A stretch of DNA of 64,000 nucleotides from Eledone cirrhosa (lineage: Eukaryota). The stretch lies in contig OZ024744.1 of the NCBI GenBank assembly GCA_964016885.1, forward strand, positions 48,422,001 through 48,486,000, read 5' to 3'. This document shows, piece after piece, positions 56,320-64,000 of the stretch. Every line of letters starts with the position of its first letter. The first letter of the stretch is position 1. A program made the position numbers and the translations under genes. The notes beneath the pieces are model-generated. The model was not told where the DNA came from. It saw nothing but the letters and a program-made list of their open reading frames with translations, and did no database searches.

Positions 56320-57456
56320 AATGCAAAGTATGGGTGCATAAAAGATGTAGTGGGATCACAGGTAGGCTAACTAAGAACATAGATTTTACATGTGGCCGGT
56401 GCTCTGGTGCAATAAGTAGCAGCAAGTGCCCACAAACTACTAGCTCTTTCAATTGCGCAGAGGGTTCTATAGAAATAGTGGACAGCTTCCGTTACCTGGG
56501 CGATAAAATCAGCAGTGGGGGAGGGTGCTCTGAAAGTACTGTAGCTAGAGTCAGAACTGGTTGGAAAAAGTTCAGAGAGCTTATACCACTATTAGCTGCT
56601 AAAGGGTTCTCACTAAAAATGAAAGGCAGGTTGTACGATGCCTGCATACGAACAGCAATGCTGCATGGCAGTGAGACCTGGGCATTGTGTGCAGAGGATA
56701 TACGCAGACTAGAGAGGAACGAAGCTTGCATGCTCCGCTGGATGTGTAACAGTAATATACGTGAACGGCAAAGCATAAACGAACTAAGGAATAAATTAGA
56801 GATAAGAGGGATCAGATGTTGTTTACTCGAGAGAAGGCTACGTTGGTATGGACACGTGATGCGCATGAAAGTCGATAGCTGTATAACAAAGTGCAGGGCA
56901 ATAAAGATAGACGGTAGTCACGGAATAGGCAGACCTAGAAAAACCTGGGACGAGCTGATAAACTCCGACATCACACACTTGCACCTCTGCAAGACAATGT
57001 CACTGGACCGAGACCTTTGGCGGTACTCAGTAACAGAGAAGACCCGCCTTACCTAAATATATAGTAAAACCTACTCCAGCCAGTAGGCATCTCTAACAAA
57101 ATACACCCCGTCCCACCACCACCACCCCCACCCCATCCACACCACCCCGTTCTATGTAAAGTTATGTTGGTGCCGCGCCATCGAGGCCGAAACAAATGAG
57201 ATCGTGTAGGTGTCACGACAAAAAAACACACAGTCCACGCTGTAATGTGGCCGTGTAGGCAACACGGTAAAAACCTCCCAGACCCACACTGTAAATGTGG
57301 TTGGTGTTAGGAAGGGCATCCAACTGTAGAAAACCTGCCAGACAGTCCTATGCGAGCAAGACAATCACTCTTGCCTCAAGTGGGACTACCCCCGTCCAAA
57401 CCCATGCAAGCGTGGAACACGGACGTTAAACGTTGATGATGATGATGATGATGATG
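56320..57456 (+). mobile_element. RTE family 1, 5'-truncated
   Basis: ORF 56334-57056 plus UTR and (ATG)n; rearranged UTR pieces also at 55983-56260. Confidence 0.93.
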
Positions 57457-57549
57457 ATATATATATATACATATATATATACACACACATACGTATATAT
57501 ATACATATATTTATAAGTATGGGTATTTGTGTGTATATATATGTATATA

Positions 57550-58835
57550 TAAAATTCCAAACATGGAAGCATGGCCTAGAATCAAAAGGCCTGAAAATTA
57601 ACCTGCCTAAGACCAAAGTTCTAGTATGTTGGAAGGGAAATAGGGCACTGGTCCCATCTGGGAAATGGCCATGCTCAGTGTGTAGGAAAGGAGTAGGCAG
57701 AAACTCCATTTTATGTCCCAAATGCAAAGTATGGGTGCATAAAAGATGTAGTGGAATCACAAGTAAGCTAACTAAGAATATAGATTTTATATGTGGCCGG
57801 TGCTCAGGTGCACTAAGTAGCAGCAAGTGCCCATAGAATACTAGCTCATTCCATTGCACAGATGGTTCTATAGAAATAGTGGACACCTTCCGTTACTTGG
57901 GTGACAAAATCAGCAGTGGGGGAAGGTCCTCTGAAAGTACAGTAGCTAGAGTCAGAACGGGATGGAAAAAGTTCAGAGAGCTTATACCACTATTGGCCGC
58001 TAAAGGTTTCTCTCTAAAAATGAAAGGCAGGCTGTATGATGCCTGCATATGAACAGCAATGTTACATGGCAGTGAGACTTGGGCATTGTGTGCAGAGGAT
58101 ATTCGCAGACTGGAGAGGAACTCAAGCTTGCATGATCCATTGGATGCGTAATAGTAATATACGTGAACGGCAAAGCATAAATGAACTAAGTGAGAAATTA
58201 GAAATAAGAGGGAGCAGATGGTGTTTACTCGAGAGAAGACTACGTTGGTATGGTCACGTGATGTGCATGAAAGACGACAGCTGTATAAAAAAGTGCAGGG
58301 CGATCAAAATAGACAGTAGCCACGGAGTAGGCAGACCCAGAAAAACCTGGGACGACTTGATAAATTCCGACCTCACACACTTACACCTCTCCAAGACAAT
58401 GTCACTGGACCAAGATCTTTGGCGCTACACAGTAATACAGAAGATCCGCCTTGCCTAAGTACAAAGCGAAACCTACAGTCAGTAGGCACCTCAAACAAAA
58501 ATACACCCCATCCCACCACCCCCACCCCATCCACACCACCCCTTCCAATGTAAAGTTATGTTGGTACCACAACATCCAGTCCGAAACAAATGAGGTCGTG
58601 TAGGTGTCACAACAAAAAAACACACAGTCCACGCTGTAATGTGACCGTGTAGGTAACACAGTAAAAACCTCCCAGTTCCACACTGTAAATGTGGTTGGTG
58701 TTAGGAAGGGCATCCAGCCGTAGAAAACCCGCCAGATAGTCCTGAGCAAGACAACCACTCTTGCCTCAAGTGGGAAAATCCCATCCAAACCCATGCAAGT
58801 GTGGAACATGGACGTTAAACAATGATGATGATGAA
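57550..58835 (+). mobile_element. RTE family 1, 5'-truncated
   Basis: ORFs 57519-57836 (PHD finger) and 58036-58458; tail. Confidence 0.93.
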
Positions 58836-60439
58836 TATATATATGTGTGTGTGTGTTTACATATATACACATATATATATATGCACATATATATATATAT
58901 TACATATATAAACATACATGCATATATATATACACATATATATAAATATATACATATATATATATATAAGCACATATATATATATTACATTTATAAAACA
59001 TACTTGCATACATATACATACATTATATATTTATATATATATATAAATATACACATATATATATGCACATATATACATTACATTTATAAAACATACTTGC
59101 ATACATATACATACATTATATATATACACACACATACACACACACACATACACACATACATATGTGTTTGTATATATATATATATATATATACATATATA
59201 CATGTGTGTGTGTATATATATATATATACATATATTTATACATACACACATATATGCGTATGCACACACAATAGAGACAGCTGCCAAAACAGAGAGGCGT
59301 GACCTCTTAACAAAAAAGGGATTAGCCCCACTGAATAACAATAAGTAAAGGGGCCCCCTTTAAAAATAATGTAGCCATTCAGTCCCTTAAATACATGCAA
59401 AACAGGGCCATTTAGTTACAGAAATTAGGGGCCATGGGCAGGGGGGTTTAGGGACCTATGTGCTGGTGTGTGTGGTGTGTAGCAGGGGTGATGTATGGCT
59501 GTTGTTTACCCTGACTCGCCTACACACACTTATATACATATACACACATATATATATATATATGCATGCACACACACACACCCACACGCATATATACATA
59601 TGTTCATAAGCACATACATATATACATGCACACATACACACGTGTGTATGTGGACACGTACATGCACATTCATATATATACACACATATACAATATTTTC
59701 CACTACATAACAGACATTTGAAACTTATACGCCTTAAGACTTAAAACTACACACTTGATTAAACTAAGACCCGTTAGACTTGGTCTTAATAAAAGTATAC
59801 ACATACCATTTCTAAATGAATGGACCGTGACTATATAGACTGAAGGCCCATGCTTTGTTAGCCAGAGTTTTAATATATATGCACCCAGTACACTCTGTAA
59901 AGTGGTTGGTGGTAGGAAGCGCATCCAGCCAGAGAAAGATTGCTAAACTAAGGGCTGGGGGTACCCCAGTGTTGGTGGTTTACACAATGAACACATCCAG
60001 TACATGCTGTTAAGTTGTTGGTGATAATAATGGTATCCAACTGTAGAAAACCTTCAAAACAAAGAGTTGAAAGGATCCTTTAGTTATGTCAATGACATGA
60101 CAACTTCCCACATATTGGTGCTTTACAAAATAATTGCACTCAATGTATTCCCAAAAGTGGTTGATGATAGGAAGGACATCCATCCATGGAAAATCCGCCA
60201 AACATAGTGTCAGGAGGATTCTTCAGCTGTTTTAACAACATGATGATACCTCTAGTGTCGGTGCTATGATGAAAAGCTCTGAGTACAATTTTAAAAGAGT
60301 AGGAATCAATGTAAACTAGATTGAGCAAAACCCACTCCGCTCATCACAGAGGTTAGTAGCTCTACTCTGTGATGACCTGTCCATACTTTCTTAGCAGAGA
60401 GACCAGACTTTAATAAATGGTAAAGATTGGATGATGAAA

Positions 60440-60655
60440 ATAAGGATTTCTGACTTTGGCACAAGGACAACAATTGTGGGGGAGGGGAAAGTTGATTAAA
60501 TCGACCCAGTACATTACTGGTACTTTATTTTGTCTACCCAGTAAGGATGAAAGGCAAAGCTAACATTCATGGGATTTGATCTCAGAACGTAAATGAACAT
60601 AACAATATGTGACAAGGCATTTTGTCTGAGACTCTACCAATGATGCCAATCCACT
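60440..60655 (-). mobile_element. Older Meta-core-like SINE
   Basis: GGCACAAGG..CTGGTACTTTATTT..AAGGATGAAAGGCAAAG..GGGATTTGATCTCAGAAC. Confidence 0.7.
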
Positions 60656-60931
60656 GTTGTTATTATGATAATGATTAGATGATGAAAATGATAAGATTTC
60701 TACATGAATGGATAATGCCTATATAGACTAAATACCCATGCCTCGTTAGCCAGAGTGTTTAATAAATATGTGTCTATTCATGTAGACATATATCTGAGCA
60801 CATGATATCTTTAGAAATGGTTGAAGTCTCTAGATGTTTTCTTGCCAAAATATTTCACTTAATCCTCTTATTAGTAGTAATCGGGATGTCGATATTTCAT
60901 TATGCTAATTTCTCTCTCTCTCTCTCTCACT

Positions 60932-60971
<40 letters not shown>

Positions 60972-61346
60972 AGTCCTATTATGAGCGAGACACAGTCACC
61001 CAACCCAACATGCCTCTAAATGGGACAAACCCATCTAGCTCATGCTAGCGTGAAAGATAGACGTTAATTGATGATGATGATGATATATATATATACAAGA
61101 ACACTCTTGCAGGCATGCACACACACACATTCATATACTCACACACATAGATACACACAAGGGAAAAGTAGACGTAAAAATTATGATGATGATGATGATG
61201 ATATATATATATGTATATAAGGAATTGTGATAAGAAACCAGATAGACCATAACGCACCAAAGTACTCAATACTTAGGGTAGTAGAGTGGGTAATAGGAGG
61301 TCATACTTGTTCCTATATATATATATATCATCTGGCAGGAAGGTAT

Positions 61347-61389
61347 ACATTGCTGACGATAGCTAATAAGCTTGAAAGTAGTACAGCGT
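61347..61389 (+). ncRNA. Diverged copy of the family A hammerhead
   Basis: CTGACGA-TAGCTAATAAGCTT-GAAA-GTAG-TA; flanks match 1702-1880. Confidence 0.65.
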
Positions 61390-61879
61390 TCCTTTGTCAG
61401 GGTTGAACAAATGAGCAACGATGGTTGCTAGACACTACGGCTTAATTCGGGATGTTTGTTTACAGACACACCGAACATTATAATAAATGTTCGGTGAATC
61501 CATACGTACATATATATATGTGTGCATGTATGTATATATATATATACATACTACTGTACGTCTGTATACATATTATATATATATATATATATATATGTGT
61601 GCATGTATGTATATATACATACTACTGTACGTCTGTATACATATTATATATATATATATAACTGATATTAATAAATGGAAACGTAATAAAGTATACCAAA
61701 GTTTTGGTACCCTTGAAATATATATAATAGAATAAATATGGTTTTATAAATATAGTTCCCATTTATTAATATCATTGACATAATACTCCAGAAAATCTGT
61801 TGAGTGCTTCGAATCTGTTATAGATATATATATTTGTTGAATTACCAACAAATTAAATATCCCTTTGCTTATATATATA

Positions 61880-64000
61880 TCATCATCATCATCGTTTAAC
61901 GTCTATCTTCCATGCTAGCATGGGTTTAGATGGGAATTGTCCTACTTGAGGAAAGATTGGTCGGGTGACCACGTCTTGCTCGTATAGGGCTGTCTGGCAG
62001 GTTTTCTACGGCTGGATGCCCTTCCTAACACTAACCACGTTTACAGTGTGGACTGGGGGTTTTTTACCGTGTTACTTACATGACCACATTACAGTGTGGT
62101 CTGTGTGTTTCTTTGTTGTGACACCTACACAACCTCATTTATTTTGGACTGGATGTTGTGGTACCAACATGACTTTACAGAGAAAGGGTGGTGTTGGTGG
62201 GAGTGTGTGGGGGGAGGGGGTAGTAGGGGTAGTGGGATGGGGTATATATTTGGTTAAGAGGTGCCTACTGACTGTAGGTTTCGCATTGTACATAGGCAAG
62301 GCGGGTCTTCTGTATTAATGCGTAGCGCCAAAGCTCTCGGTCCAGTGACATTGTCTTAGAGAGGTGTAAGTGTGTAAGGTTGGAATTTATCAAATCGTCT
62401 CAGGTTTTTCTGGGTCTACCTACTCTGTAACTTCCATCAATTTTGATCGCCATGCACTTTTTTTTATACAACTGTCATCTTTCATGCATATAATGTGACC
62501 ATACCAACATAGTCTTCTCTTGAGTAAACAGCATCTGATCCCTCTTATTCCTAATTTCTCATTTAGTTCATTTATGCTTTGCCATTCGCATATTCTACTA
62601 GTACACATCCAATGGAGCATGGATGCTTCATTCCTCTCCAGTCTGCACAGATCCTCTGCACACAAATCCCATGTCTCACTGCCATGTAACATTGATGTTT
62701 CTTATACAGGCATCATACAATCTGCCTTTCATTTTTAGAGAGAAACATTTAGTGGCCAATAGTGGTATAAGCTCTCTGAACTTTTCCCATCCTGTTCTGA
62801 CTCTGTCTACTGTATACCCTCCACCACTGCTGATTTTGTCACCCAGGTAACAGAAGTCATCCACTATTTCTATAGAACCATCTGGGCAATAGAAGGAGCT
62901 AGTATCCTGTGTGCACTTGCTACTTATTTCACCTGAGCATCGACCACATATAAAATCTACGATCTTAGATAGCTTACCTGTGATCCCACTACATCTTTTA
63001 TGTACCCATACTTTGCATTTGGGACATAATATGGAAATTCTGCCTACTCCTTTCATACATACTGGGCATGGCCATTTCCCAGAGGGTACCTGTACCCTAT
63101 TTTTCTTTCTACATACTAGAACTTTAGTCTTACACAAGTGAACTTTAGGGCCTTTTGATTCTAGGCCATGCTTCCATGTTTGGAATTTCTTCTCTAGTTC
63201 AGCCATCAATTCAGCTATGAGAGTTAGGTCATCTACGTGTAGAAGTTCCCATGGGCAGCCGGTCTTGAACTCCTCTGTTATATCCTGAATGGCAATAATA
63301 AATAGGAGGGGGCTAAGGACAGAGCCTTGATGAACACCAACTTTCACACTAAATTCTTCACTATATTCGTTGTTAATTCTAACCTTGCTGACTGTTTCTT
63401 TATACATGGTATGTATAACTCTCACAAGTCATTCATCAACACCTAGTTTTCTAAGAGCCCACCAGATAATGGAGCAGGGAACTCTGTCAAAGGCTTTCTC
63501 CAAGTCAACAAAAGCTAAGTATAGGGGTTTACTTTTAACTATGTACTTCTGTAGTTGCCGTACAAGCAAAAGAGTGTCCATGGTACTTTTACCTGACACA
63601 AACCCGAAATGCATTTCATCTAGATCAATTTGCTCTCTGATTAGTTGTGCTATAACTCTTTCTGTGACCTTCATGACCTGGTCAACTAATTTAATGCCTC
63701 TGTAGTTTTCCCTATCTAGAGCATCTCCTTTACCCTTGAAGCAGTTAATGATGATGCTGCTACACCAATCATTTGGTATGATCCCATTCTGTATTACTTG
63801 GTTAACTATACGGGTGACCATAGTATGTTACACCATTCCAGATGCTTTCAGTATTTCAGCAACTATCTCCGAAGGCCCAGCTGCTTTGCCTGTCTTCACA
63901 TCTTCGATTGCCTTACTTATTATACTACCTTCGACTTGTACCACTGGTCCCACTATTGGATCGATTTGGGGCAGACTATCTTTTTCCCATTTATTCTCCT
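61880..64000 (-). mobile_element. RTE family 1 LINE, runs off the window end
   Basis: ORFs 63429-63821, 62676-63425 and 62420-62692 with RT, PHD and C-terminal motifs; (CAT)n tail at 61880. Confidence 0.93.

Overview
AT-rich, repeat-saturated eukaryotic DNA with no recognisable host gene. The mix of RTE LINEs, tRNA-derived SINEs and dense (TA)n/(CA)n/(CAT)n tracts suggests an animal, plausibly a cephalopod, genome; this is inference only. The window holds about 20 fragments of RTE-clade LINEs, whose reverse transcriptase carries an inserted C4HC3 PHD-type zinc finger. It also holds a defective DD37D (maT) Tc1/mariner element, several non-autonomous Helitrons, two SINE groups, and CR1-like and Tx1-like remnants. 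The main finding lies in the short non-coding islands between microsatellites. Many of them contain type I hammerhead ribozyme (HHR) motifs: about 20 copies from roughly a dozen sequence-distinct families, all folded by eye. They include a seven-copy family with a fixed non-canonical CAGAAGA core, two UUGANAA (C3U/G8A) cores, and minimal forms with a palindromic stem III. The modules end in (TA)n and often carry an inverted copy of their own 3' end, as Penelope-like elements do, and a degenerate Penelope-type endonuclease C-terminus is present. Most ORFs in the supplied track are microsatellite read-through or LINE antisense artefacts. Boundaries of degenerate repeats are approximate.
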